DNA of 62,972 nucleotides, counting the filler, from Sphacelaria rigidula (Eukaryota), in assembly GCA_964200075.2 (NCBI GenBank). It is 9 parts of 9 records of this genome, joined end to end, with 100 filler letters (N's around TTAATTAATTAA, not from the genome) between each part and the next. Parts side by side here need not be neighbours in the genome. Positions count along the whole stretch, not along the records: positions 1 to 6,908 come from CAXNAA020017463.1; positions 7,009 to 13,916 come from CAXNAA020017464.1; 7 more parts are not named here. One strand, given 5' to 3'. A program made the translations under genes and the position numbers. Under the pieces are notes generated by a model, which saw only the letters and a list, made by a program, of their open reading frames with translations, did no database searches and was not told where the DNA came from. Positions 1 through 11,900 of this stretch are shown in pieces. How positions within the stretch are numbered: position 1 is the stretch's first letter; every line of letters starts with the position of its first letter.

Positions 1-528
1 AACGTCCCAACTTGTAAGGTTACGTGGAGGTGAAGGGTTGCTTAAAGTGTACTGTTTTCAGAGTAGTTCGAGTTGCCCCGCTTCGCTCTCGTGAGCCCGG
101 TTCTCGTCAGTCGTGCGCCTAGAGCTCAGAACGTAATCCTAGGTACCCATATACTATATGATTCATCATATGTCATATATATTATGAAATATGTCATATA
201 AATTATACATATACCATCATAACCACCTTGCCGGCTGCCAGACTGTCAAGACGTAGGATCCACTAGCATTGCTACTGTCTGTACGGGGATGTTGCTGGTC
301 GGGTACGTGAAGAATGGTTCGTGGCAAAACGCAGTGGTCGCGTCAAGCAGCTGCACGCTGGGCGTTCTCACTCAAGACTTCGGTTTGGAGCATGATACTA
401 GGTCGGCAGCAGCAACTACTGTGTGGCAAAGTGCCTCTTCGATCAAGATGCGTTTGGTTTCTGTGTGACAAAGTTTTCCCCCCCAAAACGAAATCAATAG
501 GGTTTTTAGAGTGGGAAAATGTGGCAAA

Positions 529-612
529 ATCGAGTCGCAAACACCGAGTCGCGAACATCGAGCCGCAAACATCGAGTCGCAAACATCGAGTCGCAAACAT
601 CGAGTCGCAAAA
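529..612 (+). repeat. 14-bp tandem minisatellite (ATCGAGTCGCAAAC) x ~6
   Basis: The units are directly visible, with 1-2 mismatches each. Confidence 0.9.
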
Positions 613-3600
613 AAACAGTCAGTCGAACGTTTTACCCGGAAGCCAAATTTACTAAGTGAAAATAGAATGTGAGCACACCATGATTAGCATTCCACTAGAC
701 TACGAGTAGGGATATCCCAAATGGGTCTCGAAACGAGAATGTCTTGATCGACATTCTTATCCTAACTTCAGGAGCCCCTGAATGAGAGTCGGGCCCGAAT
801 GTTCATCCCCTACCGTAGCATGGCTCGTGTACTGGTGCTGGCTCAACAGAGCACCTACGCTAGCGATCAAAGGGTTGATACAAATGACGTTGCGGGACAC
901 ATTTAAATTAAGCGTCTTCACCTGTACGAGTATCAACAGGGAACGGTGCGTTTTGTTAAACGGATAATAAAAGAAGGGGTATGGTGATATCAACAACCGG
1001 AACATTCCTCTCGATATAACGCTGTTGTAGATTGATTAGATTCCCATTATACGTTGTACGTAATGGCATGCATTCCGGAACTATTCTAATTGAAACATTG
1101 AATGTTACTGTAGGGTATTAGCCCGCCGCGATCTCGAAGAATCGTAAATTGGCGTTTGTTTGCTTGCGGGTTATGTATTCAACGACTATCTCTTCGGAAT
1201 GTAGACCCTTTGACCGCCAGGGTCCGCAATTAGGGTCATGCAGTAAGTTTTCAAGTGAAAATGATGCCAATTCCACAAATGGACATCTTGGGTGCTAAAT
1301 GTGCATTTGTGGAACCGGAATCATTGACGCTTCTTTGTCAAATTAAAATGGGCTGAAAAACTTACTCTCAATCTAATGATGGACGCTCAATCTGGCGAAA
1401 AGGGTGTTTATAGTGATACAGCTAGATGTGCATGCAAACTGTCTACATCGATACAGAACCCATTACCGGATCGGAACCCGCGATGTCGCCCAAAAGTGGC
1501 GTTGATTCACCTATCTATGCTGTCTGACCGTCAGGGCGCGGTGGCAAGACATGTTAGGGCGCTCTAACTTGTGAATGTGCATGGTCACTCAAGTTATAGG
1601 CGGTGCATATCTGATCGTGTGAAGGAATGCGAGGAGAAGGCAGCGGCCTATGTCGCCAAGACGCCACACTGACTGTCTTCTCCCCTTTCTACGACGCACG
1701 TTCGCTACCCAGCACAATGCCACTTACTTGAGCTGTGTCAGCAGCTTTATCTGCATGTTGCCCTGACGAAACGAAGCCCAAGTTGGCTTCGTCTTCGATC
1801 AGTTTACTCCTTCACAAGGAATTCAATCATCATTGTGTATTTCTCGAGTGCGAGTCGGACGAGGTTTGCCTGTGGGTGGGTACTATTTATTAGTGGCAAC
1901 TGCAATTGTAGCACTTAGATCGAGTCCACAGAATGATCCAGCCGTTTGGTCAACCTCGACAGCCTAGGCTGCAACACTTTGTGCTCATTCGAGGCACACG
2001 AATACGATCAGAAACGTGCCCGATTCCCAACGAGCAACGGGAGCATTTTTGTGGTCGAGGAATCGGATTTCCCGTGCTCCGGGTGCATCGTCGAAATGAA
2101 CTGTTGGCCGGTCGAGGCCAATTCATACAAGCCATGTATCACATAAAATTCACTCAGCACAAACTGAACACGGACTACAGACGAACTCGAGACGAACTCA
2201 AACTGAAGAAGAACTGACCACGGACTGACCACGGTGGGGAAAGCCGCCCACACACACCAGAAAAACTTGTCTCCCGTCCCATCCACCAATTACAGAAACA
2301 TCACACACCACATTCTACCCTCGCAATTGGCCACGTTCCAGCTTTCACTATGCACCGCATTTCAGCTTCGTGATAATCACATTCTCGCCTCGTGGTATGT
2401 CACATTCTTTCTTCGTGACATATCACATCCCTTCTTTGCGGCACACCATTGCGCCAGCAACAGGAACCATCATTACCGTACTCCGCCAAATGTATTCAAT
2501 CGTTGTTTACTTCCAACTGTACCTGCACTCGCTCATGTGTACCGATACATGACCCGAGGTACATGTATCTGACTCCAGGATAAAACGTTACGGCATATGC
2601 ATTGCGGGCAAAACCAATCAACGATGTAAATCATACTTAAGTGTAAGTATATTTGATCAGAGATGTCGCATGTTCTGCTTCTCCATCCAAACGATCAACG
2701 CCCGACGCACCAGTCTGTGTGACGTTTCTCGTGCGATGGCACGATGTTCGCGCAATGTATGCCAGTCATCTTGTAGCGGCGAACTACGTGTCCTCGGCAA
2801 TGCACAATACGCGTATCCCCAACAATTCCGTATACACGTTGCCCGCTTTCGCGTGAGGGACCTCCTCTCTGCTGTTGGATCCGATTTCCTACGAAATGGA
2901 CTCATGGATGGTTATGACTTTCATGTGGGAGCAAGAATGACGAAAACCAACAAAAAGATAACAGCCTACTATTTTGATCCATGTGTTGACTCCATATGAA
3001 TCTCCAGAAATGACCACTCGATCCTGTGACGACTCTGATACCATCTGTAGAGCAAATGTCCTCGAAAAAGCACGCTGGACACTGGTAGGTAGAAAGAGAT
3101 CGAAGTGGCTTCCCGCGTAGAGAAGTCAGCGGCCCATATTTGGACGTCGTTGTTGAACTTTCGCCGCATTGAGGTGGCTGAAGAGCAGGGCCGTTGCGAG
3201 GGGGGAGACGAACGGAAGCAGCAGAACATTGGTGTTGTCTGCTGATATGTTGAGGCCTATCCTCAACACGCAGCATTCGAGAGTGCCCCCCTATGTGCCT
3301 GTGCGCAATGAAGGTGGCGACGAGCATGCTACAAACGAATCGTCGTATACTCTACTTTTCCCGGGAGAGAGTTACAGTGATCGATATTTCAATGCCACTT
3401 AGTTGATAAATTCCGCTTTTCGACTCGTTTCGTATAGCCGTATGGTTGTTGTGCTAGGTTGGAATAATGGATAGATCAAAATTACACCGTAATAGCCGTA
3501 GCACAGCAGTGTTGAGTGCGTGATTGCCCATAAGAGCATACGGTACATGTCAAGACTTGCACCGTTGATCATGCGCCGCCTTGGGAGAACGATGAATACA

Positions 3601-4530
3601 GTGGATCTGCAACCGTTGATGCACGGGTTGCGAATTGGAAATTTAGGTTGGAGAGCCGTGTAAAGAGGGTGCAAGAAAAGGTGAATGCTTACTTGATTAA
3701 GCGTATCCAGCTAAATGTACCCATGTAACATTTTGTGGGTAGAAGAGATTATCTTAGTATACAACGGGAAGATTGTTCATCTCCCTTGCTGCGCGAAAAA
3801 GGGTAGCACATGCGATTGATGCCATGCCCCCCCGCTATGAACGTGTCGACTGCATATCACACTGTCGGATAGACATGCATGTTTTGATAGTACGAGTTTT
3901 GGCGCATCATTTCCAAAAGACAATTCAGTGAAGCGGTGTATTCATTTAACTTGTAGGAGTCCAGGACGTCGGTAGGGCGGTTGAAAACCGCAATGTACGG
4001 TGCTTATATTTCCATCACATATGCAAGAGTCAACATTGCTTCAGATTCAACGGTCGCGTTCACTCGTATTTCATGTAACCAGCCCAGCGAGCTTGACTAG
4101 AAATGATCGATAACGTCATTTTGTTGCTCGGTCTGTGCGATACACCCAGTCGAATCGCTCGAAATTCTCTCGCGGGCACTCAATACAGGAAACATTGTCG
4201 AAATGTCACTCATATCACGTTCCTCGATCGCGTGACCCTTGCATCGAAAGTAGACTTGTACGTTTATGCAGTAGGTGCACCTCGATGCATCAGTTTGACA
4301 ATATCTATCAAAATGTTTCGATTTCGTGGCAGCTTCTGTGAGGCAAAGAGAATGGCATATCTCGAGGGGCTCCGCTGGCGAAACTTGAAGAACTCCTCGC
4401 GCCGTGCTGTGTCTTGTCTAAGATCTGCTGGTGATCGCTTTCGGGAATTTCCTGCATTGCAAACAGGGCGCTAGTTTTCGGGTACTCCTGTATCCTTCCC
4501 CCTTACGGATAAAAGCGTTGGAGACCGATG

Positions 4531-6595
4531 CTATTCGTCGGAATTCCTGCTGGAATGCTCCCCAAGTGATTCCGGGAAAATGACGTGAAATACCACCCAG
4601 AGGGACCCTTTCGGTGGGGTCTGTGCCTCTTTACTCGTCAACGCTTTGCTCGAATCATTCGACATGTGCGCGGCTGTTTCGCTATTTTTGCGTCCGTGGC
4701 TTTGCTTTCTCCGTGAGTGAGCCCTTGGCGGATCCCAGAAGGGAAGCCCAGCCCCGTCGATTTCCATCTCATGGCCATGATTCGTCACCTGCATTCATGG
4801 AATAAAAAATAAATGTGCAGCGTTGCTCAGATTCGTCAATGAATAACATCTATCTCAGAGGGATTTCACAGAGTGAAGATGTTTTCTATATTTGCGGGAT
4901 ATATTGCTGATAATGTTCCTCGAGTAGAGTATTGGACCGGCAATGTTGTATGCCGCCGGCCGTTTTGATGGTGGAGGCCTCGCGTAGCGAGTGTATTGCG
5001 GTCAGCTATTTTAACATCACCCTACCTAGGTACGATGTCATGGCGCCCAAGAAGGCCCCGTTGTATAGCATCCTTTTCTACAAATGAGGCGCATATTATG
5101 CGTTATACTTGTGCAAACCCGGTTGTTGCTCTTGGTAGGCAAAGCAAAGTGTACGGATCCAACACTTCCTGCTAGTGCTAAGATATTTAATATCGTTCTG
5201 TTCCGACTCCTTACCCCCGTCTGGTTTAGAAGGATAGTACTTCCATTTAGGAGATGGAAGTCTTGCGCAAAACCCGTCAGCGCCTCGGCAAAAGTGATGT
5301 TCACATCAGCCCTAAGATTTGCGCCGTCGCGTGCAAACCTCTCGTCAGGCTCCACCCTAGTCACCACCTGCAGAGAAATGGTGGCATGGCCGACCACAAG
5401 CAACGCGATTTGATACGCGATACAGAGATATCACCGCGGTGAAAGTATAAACTCACTTGTTAGTCGGAAGGGGAGGCGGTACCTCTGTATACATGATACA
5501 CATGTTTCTACTTGCTACAGTGTTGGCGTACAGATGACGAAGCCGCAGCGAGGTACAACCTTGGAGGACACCTCACGCGGACAAGTATCGCATGCTTTAT
5601 CCGATTCTTCAGGAAGACGCTGGCGGGGTCTGTGAAAGCAAACAACTATACGGCACTACTGTACAGCACGTACCCGTGCTACCTTCATCTTTCCATGGTA
5701 TTTGGGCGCTTTTTGTAACGTGATGTCAGACACGAGACCAGGACAACACACGTCTTGCTACCAGAACCAAAGAGGTGAAGCATAGGTCGACCATCTCATT
5801 GATCATATCGTCACTCACCTTAACAGATCCTGTCGATTTGCCGGGAAACTGCGAACCAGCATCTGGGAATGTCGTAGTGTACGCGTCGGGAGCACCAGCA
5901 GGCAATACAAGTTCTACCGAGGCACGCTCGCTAATTACACGGGCACCGTTGCACCTGCCATCAGAAGAGAATGTAAAATCGGGGACTACAGTTTGCTTCT
6001 AGGTTCACCATACACCGGCATTGTGAGCAAATGGGGGAGGGAAAAAGGAGTTCGATGTTGAAGAAGCGGACGGACGCGCCTAGGGCAGGTGCTGCCTTTT
6101 TTCGGTACTTCACCGAAGCCATCGCATCGCGTGCAAGTCGTCCTCATCGTCTGCTTGATTTCTTGGCTGTGCACATGCTCATGAGCGGCTATCCCAGGCT
6201 CGCCCGATGAGCTGCGAGGGCAAAATAGGCAGGACAAAGCGAGAGGAGTTAGCCATATCGCACGACGTTGACAAGTTGAATCTCTGATTCTTGCGTGGTG
6301 GACGTAGTCTGTATTGCACTGCCTACCATGTCAGTGTTGAGCACAGTTACCGACGTGCCGACGGGAGTGCAGTCAGCCATAGTGCACGACCTCGACAATT
6401 TGAGACTCTTATTCTTGCGGGGGGAGGGGGAGAACTGTGCTGCATTGGCAAGCATGTCGGTGATGAGCACAGTACTAGACGGAAATGAATCTTACCTGCA
6501 ATATTTGCAAGGTCGCATGTCAGCTTCGTGCGCACCTCTACCGTTGCAAATGGGACACAAGACCTGCCTCGTATATGGTATCGTTTGAGTCAGGC
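4531..6595 (-). CDS. Type I DnaJ/Hsp40 co-chaperone, 3' part. Exons 6595-6496, 6211-6080, 5954-5819, 5367-5215, 4788-4531; the J-domain exons lie outside the segment.
   Basis: Manual splicing with phase-compatible junctions gives four zinc-finger repeats (CPICNGRG, CKYCSSSG, CTRCDGFG, CPRCNGAR). These are followed by DnaJ C-terminal motifs (ERFARDGANLRADVNITFAEALTGF, GAGLP, KGSLWVVFHVIFPESL) and a TAG stop at 4533-4531. Confidence 0.9.
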
Positions 6596-6908
6596 CTGGG
6601 AGGAGGCAGAGCGCGGGAAACAAGAGGAAATGTAGTCAATAGTTGTTTCAGAATATTTTGGTATGCTGTACATCTCTTATGCTCCTATTCCCATCTCAAT
6701 ACAGCCAGATTCATCAACCGAACTTTTAGCGCCCAGGAAGACGTGCTACAAGATGGGCCATGGACGCACATGTTGCTGCGCTACGAGAAACCTGGTATCA
6801 CTCTAAATTTATATCGGCTGTCGACTTGAATAACACCGCGACCCATAATTTCCCCCCTCAAACTACTGACACCCATGAGGTAGTGTATAAGCTGTGGCTG
6901 TCTCTGGC

Positions 6909-7008
6909 NNNNNNNNNNNNNNNNNNNNNNNNNNNNNNNNNNNNNNNNNNNNTTAATTAATTAANNNNNNNNNNNNNNNNNNNNNNNNNNNNNNNNNNNN
7001 NNNNNNNN
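6909..7008. other. Artificial assembly linker (44 N + TTAATTAATTAA + 44 N); identical copies at 13917-14016, 20925-21024, 27933-28032, 34941-35040, 41949-42048, 48957-49056, 55965-56064
   Basis: The linkers recur with an exact 7008-nt period and carry stops in all six frames. 9x6908 + 8x100 = 62972, the window length. Confidence 0.98.
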
Positions 7009-7061
7009 AAGCCTCATTTTTCGTGCAACCAAATACCCCCCCCCCTATCGTAGGATGACTC
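7009..7061 (-). mobile_element. Terminus of GAG..CTC MITE (same family as 12900-13130 and 50298-50547), cut by the linker
   Basis: Its reverse complement matches the first ~50 nt of the element starting at 12900. Confidence 0.8.
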
Positions 7062-7139
7062 GCACAAAAATCACTATAGCCACCGGAAACCGCAAAGGTG
7101 CCCTCGAACGATCTTGACGAGTAGATGAAGTCATTCCGA

Positions 7140-7720
7140 CACACGTGGCCATTTGGCTACCCCCTCCGTGCCTCCAGAGGGCATTCACAGAGTCACTCTG
7201 GATGGACGAGCGAGCCCCCAGTCGGGTAGGTTTTGCTGTCCCCTGAAGGAAGGGTATCACCCCCTCCTCCCTCTAGAGGGCATCCACGGAGTCACTCTAG
7301 AGGGACGGATCGAAAAAGGCGAACCCCCAGTCGGGTCGGGTTTGTTGTCCTCTGAAGGAAGGGCATCACCCCCTCCTCCTTACAGAGGGTATCCACGGAG
7401 TCACTCTGGAAGGACAGGTCGAAAAAGGCGAACCTTCAGTCGGGGCAGTTTCGCTGTCCTCTCACATATTACAAAGGTATCACCTCCAGTAACCCCCAGA
7501 GGTCATCCGCGAAGTCACTCTGGAGGGACGGAACGAAAAAGGCGAACCTCCGATCGGGTCGGTTTTACTGTTCTCTGGAGGGGAGGTATCACCTCCAGTT
7601 CCCTCCAGAGATACAGAACAAACACCCCTCTGAAGGGGAGGGGGTACACGTTACTCTAGAGGCGAAAGGGTAGCCAAGACTCTAGCGGGATGTCGACCCC
7701 CTACATTCCGTAGAAGAGCT
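7140..7720 (+). mobile_element. End of CAC-terminated (CACTA/EnSpm-like) element with ~100-120-bp subterminal tandem repeats
   Basis: It starts CACACGTGGCCATTTGGCTACC, like the TIR at 33906. The unit GAGTCACTCTGGAGGGACG..CAGTCGGG is repeated about 4 times, and a homologous block lies at 21290-21620. Confidence 0.6.
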
Positions 7721-7734
7721 GGGCGTTAGTAACG

Positions 7735-7969
7735 AATGATTCATTTCAGTTCCGGAATGCCCGTCCACGATGCCCGATATGCTTTCCGTAGTAGCTTGCA
7801 ACTGAAGCCCTCGATACCTCTGAGTTGAATATCGACGTGTAGCTGCTGGAAGCACGCGCCAGTGCTACAGGCAAAGAAAAGCACACACAAAAATGAAACA
7901 TTGGTCAAGCTGAAGCAAAAAATAAAACCCACTTTCGATCAACGCTGTACTCTTAATCTCACGAGCACA
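7735..7969 (+). mobile_element. Partial copy of the ~290-bp MITE family also at 40111-40403 and 40568-40862
   Basis: It shares the internal sequence (TTCAGTTCCG..GTAGTAGCTTGC..) and the right end ACTCTTAATCTCACGA. Confidence 0.7.
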
Positions 7970-8955
7970 TCAGAGAGTCTCGGAAGATATCTTGTCTCGT
8001 CATGGAGTCAGAATGCAGAGTGGAAGCGCTGACACTTCAGAGTGGACCCTAAAACGTTCATAGCGGAAGCCGATGTGACGTGGCTTGATGTGGAGTTCTT
8101 TTCTTCGCAGTGACTGGCCGCAGGTTGTTCCGTCAAATGTGCGATCGACCAGCGTGAAGTCCGAAAATGAACAGGTCGACACAGCATTGACCGTACCATA
8201 CCCTGCGGCACCGCCGTACGTACCGTACACTGCGCTTCATTACACCTGTAGTACATCTATCCACCACGGCGCACCACAGGGTACTGTAGTGTTGTGCAGT
8301 GTAGAGTACAGACCGCGCAGTACAGAGAGTGCAATGCAGAACCCTACAACAGTACAACAATACATGGCGGTACGGTGAACTACGGCGTGTGACTAAATCA
8401 CGCCGTCACGTTGAGCATATGGTGATGATCGGATGATGACTTGGGATCTGTAGTGAGAATATGGATGATGACATGGACACAGGGGTGTTACCCTGATGTG
8501 GTTTATGGAGTCGCCTGGGAGGCACTCCGGGAATAATAAAAGGTGCTGTGAAGGCTGACAACTAAGACCTGAGGCCAGTGGAACTGGGGAGTCCCTCCAC
8601 AGCATTAGACGCTGCAGTACTAGCAACCTGCTGGCGTCACAATATCGATATTGGTGCTAAGAGTGCTAGCCGTGCTAGTTGTGCTATCGTTAGAGACTGC
8701 TGGAGATTTTTCAGCAGGAATGAGTATGGACAGCTTGTGATAGCTTCGGGCATATAGCTTCACGGACGCGTGAGGAGGTTTCAAGCTGAGGTTGCTACAA
8801 AGGCGGCTGGCCCGTGATTGATCCAGGCTGGAGACTTGCTGGAGCTGCGTGCAGCGGGTGTTAATAGGACCCCAGGGCTGTGTGGAGCGGCGAAGAAGGC
8901 AGGAGTGAATTGTGAGTTCGAGAAGGTTTAGGAATCGTCGATTGTCCGCTCGAGA

Positions 8956-11900
8956 ATGTCGACTACAGAGGTACCGGCAATAGAGCCAGCGGAGACGACT
9001 GTAACCCCAGTCGTTCTTTGGGAAGAGTTGCGGCCGCCCAGTTACGAGAATTTGTATTCTAAGTGTGCTTCTCGTTCGTTCCACACGAAGTACGTGGAAT
9101 ACAAGAAGAGGGTGGAGCATGCGAATGCGCGGGGTGTGGTAAGGCATCAGGTGGTTTCTATGGCGCAACTCGTGCCTACCCCCCTCCAACGCGTCTTCGC
9201 GAGAGGATTCCATGAGAAGCATACCATAACGCCGCTGCAATTGGTCGCAGCAATCAAGAAACATACAGGGCATGCGGGGGGCGCGGAGGTAGAGCTAACA
9301 CAGGCGTCCGGGGCCGTGGCGAGGGCTGTCGCAATGAACCACAAGGGGAGGACCATGCGTGAGAGGGTGAAGCCCATATTGGATAAGTTAGGGACGTATT
9401 TTTCGGAAAATCCCAACGTCGAGATGGTTTATCAGCCCTCTGATGAGAAATTCCGTTCAGGGCCCGCTGCGGTCATCACGAAAGCGATAGTGGAGGGTCT
9501 GGCACCGGCGGAATTCAAACAGGCCGTGCTTGTGCAGTTACAGCACGAAACAAACTGGAAGCAGACCCGTATTTAGGTACGGATACCGTGGTGGCTGAGG
9601 CTCAGGTATGGCGGAGGGTTGAAGTATTCAGAAACTCATCCACTTCGTCGCCGCAGTCTTCGAGCTCGCGTAATCGCGGATCAAAATCCGCAGGCAGTGC
9701 CGCCACCAATATTACTTGCTGTCAGTGTGGCCAGGTAGGCCACTACGCACGGAAGTGCCCAACGCCTTTTGAAGGGGAGTCTGGGCAGACGAGTGCCGCG
9801 CGCCCTCGCAATCACAAAGGAGGGAGAGGTAATCGGAGTGGTGGCGGAGGCGAATCCTCCAGCGGTGGAGGTGTACAGTCGAGTTCCCAGCAGCAGCAGC
9901 AGCAGGGGTAGCGGTATCAGCAGGGGTCCGGTTCTGGGTCCGGTTCAGCCGCAGGGGCTGCTGCTCCGCAACGGGCGGTGCAGGTGGCATCGACCTCTCT
10001 AGTGTCGCGCTCGGTGGTGGCGCCGCCGGCAGCAGAGCAAGGCGAGACGCCTGCGGCGGAGCCGGTCGGATTTCAGCTGGAATTTGGATCCGCAGCTGCG
10101 TTGGCCGGAGTACCGCTGCAATTTGGTTCTGCGGGCGGGGCTTCGTACCCGCCGGCGGTGCCGGTGACCCCGGGTGGGGCGTCTATGCCTGCGCCGCGCG
10201 CGCAGCCGTGGCGCCAAGTGGGGATCACGACCAACCAGTCGGCGGAGCAGGTACTGGTCGAGGATCAAGACAATTATATTCCTGCAGAGTTCCCCCCAAT
10301 CAGCGGGCGCGGGGAGCCATATCGGTCAACGCTGTGTTGGATTCGGGCGCCCACTTCACCAGCGTGTCCGTGCTGATTGTGAAGGTACTGGAGCGTCTAC
10401 TCCCCGGTGAGCAAATCCGAATTCCGTTCTCGCTCGGGGCGCGGCAGGCCATCACCGCATCGGGGCAACGTATACATGTGACGGAGCGTACGATTCCCCT
10501 CAAGTTGGCGTTCAGGACTACCTGGGGTCCAGCGAAATTACCCCCGATATCGTTTGCGATCATGTCGGGGACGGATGGTGTCGTTCTGTTGGGCTTGTCG
10601 ACGCTTCGGGGACTCGGAATCGATCCGTATGATCGGCTGCTAGAGTCTCTGGAAACGCAAATGCCGTCGCCCGGTTCGAGTGTCGAGACGCCTGCTTTTT
10701 TGGCCCGTCCTCGCGTGAGCTTGTCGGTTGATGCTCTCCAGAAGGCGGAGGGGCAGGTGTCCGAGGAGTGCGATGAGGCGGTGGAACGCTTCGTGAAGCG
10801 TGGCCCCGATATGTTTATGGAGCTGCTGGAAGAAGAGTCCGCGCGAAAGGCTGCGCTTGAGGAAAGCGTGACGGATGCTGTGGCAAATGGTCTCAACGTC
10901 TCAAAAGCGGAGCGCTTGCGTGGCATATTGTATCGCCACGTGAACGCGTTTCGTCGTGCGCTGAGGGGTGACCCCCCTGCGCGCGTGGAAGCCATGAGGG
11001 TTACACTGAAGCCAGGGGCGGCCGCGGTGAAGGCAAAGCCGAGGAGGTATGATCAGGTAAAGTCCAGTTGTTTAGGTTCTTGCATGGGAGCTCTTGTGGC
11101 GTTTGGGTTGGTGTTCAGGAATCTACAGGCGGTGTGGTCCAGTCCAGCGCTGGCGGTGTCGAAGAAGGACTCTTTCCGTCTTGTCAGCGATTACGGAGCC
11201 GTCAATGATCAGGTGGAGAAGTCGCCGGGTGTCATGCCCAATCAGGAATCCGACATGATAGGCCTGTTGAGTGCGCGATGCTTCGGTAAGTCGGACCTCC
11301 TACAGGGGTACTAGCAGATGCCGTTAGCCGAAGAGGCGCAAGAGATATTCACCATCACGACTCATTTGGCATGTTTACCCCGCAAAGAGTACATAAAGGC
11401 GTGTTGAATGCTACTTGCTATTTTCAAGGTGTCATGGTAGACCTTTTTGATGGCTTGAAATGCAAGATTTGAGTGGATGATGTCTTTATCTTCGCGGATC
11501 CGGAAGACGAACTGTTGGATACGCTTGATGCAATCTTGGCTCGTTTAGAGAGTGCTGGTCTGTTTGCAGTTGCCCACAAGTGTACCTTTTTTGCTAGTGA
11601 GCTGGTGTGGTGTGAGAAAGTATACTCACACGGCCGCGTCTCGCAAGACCCGGTCCACTTGCAAGGTTTTTCTGACATGCGGCGTCCAGAAACAGCAGCA
11701 AAACTAATGCAATTCGTGCATGCAGTGAACTGGTTGCGTACCTCGTTGCCACGTATGGCCGAAGTAGTGGCACCCTTGCGCGGTTTCCTAGAAGAACTCA
11801 TGGTGGGGGCTGCAAGGCGCACGAAGCAGGTGGCAACAAACGTTGTTGTTCCACCCGCCTCGTGGTCGGAGGACAGACTGTAGGCATGGGCGGCAGCGAA

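Noticed and set aside
529..612. CRISPR-like repeat array
   Set aside because: These are head-to-tail 14-mers with no spacers and no cas genes, in a eukaryotic context.
6953..6964. TTAATTAATTAA as a biological motif
   Set aside because: It is part of the artificial linker.
7153..7659. 168-aa ORF as a gene
   Set aside because: It lies wholly within a tandem repeat block that is also present at 21290-21620.
8285..8799. 5' LTR of the segment 2 gypsy (TGTAG..CTACA)
   Set aside because: The ends are plausible, but there is no TGG primer-binding site after it and no second LTR in the segment to confirm it.
10300..10995. 231-aa antisense ORF
   Set aside because: It is the shadow frame of GC-rich gypsy pol.
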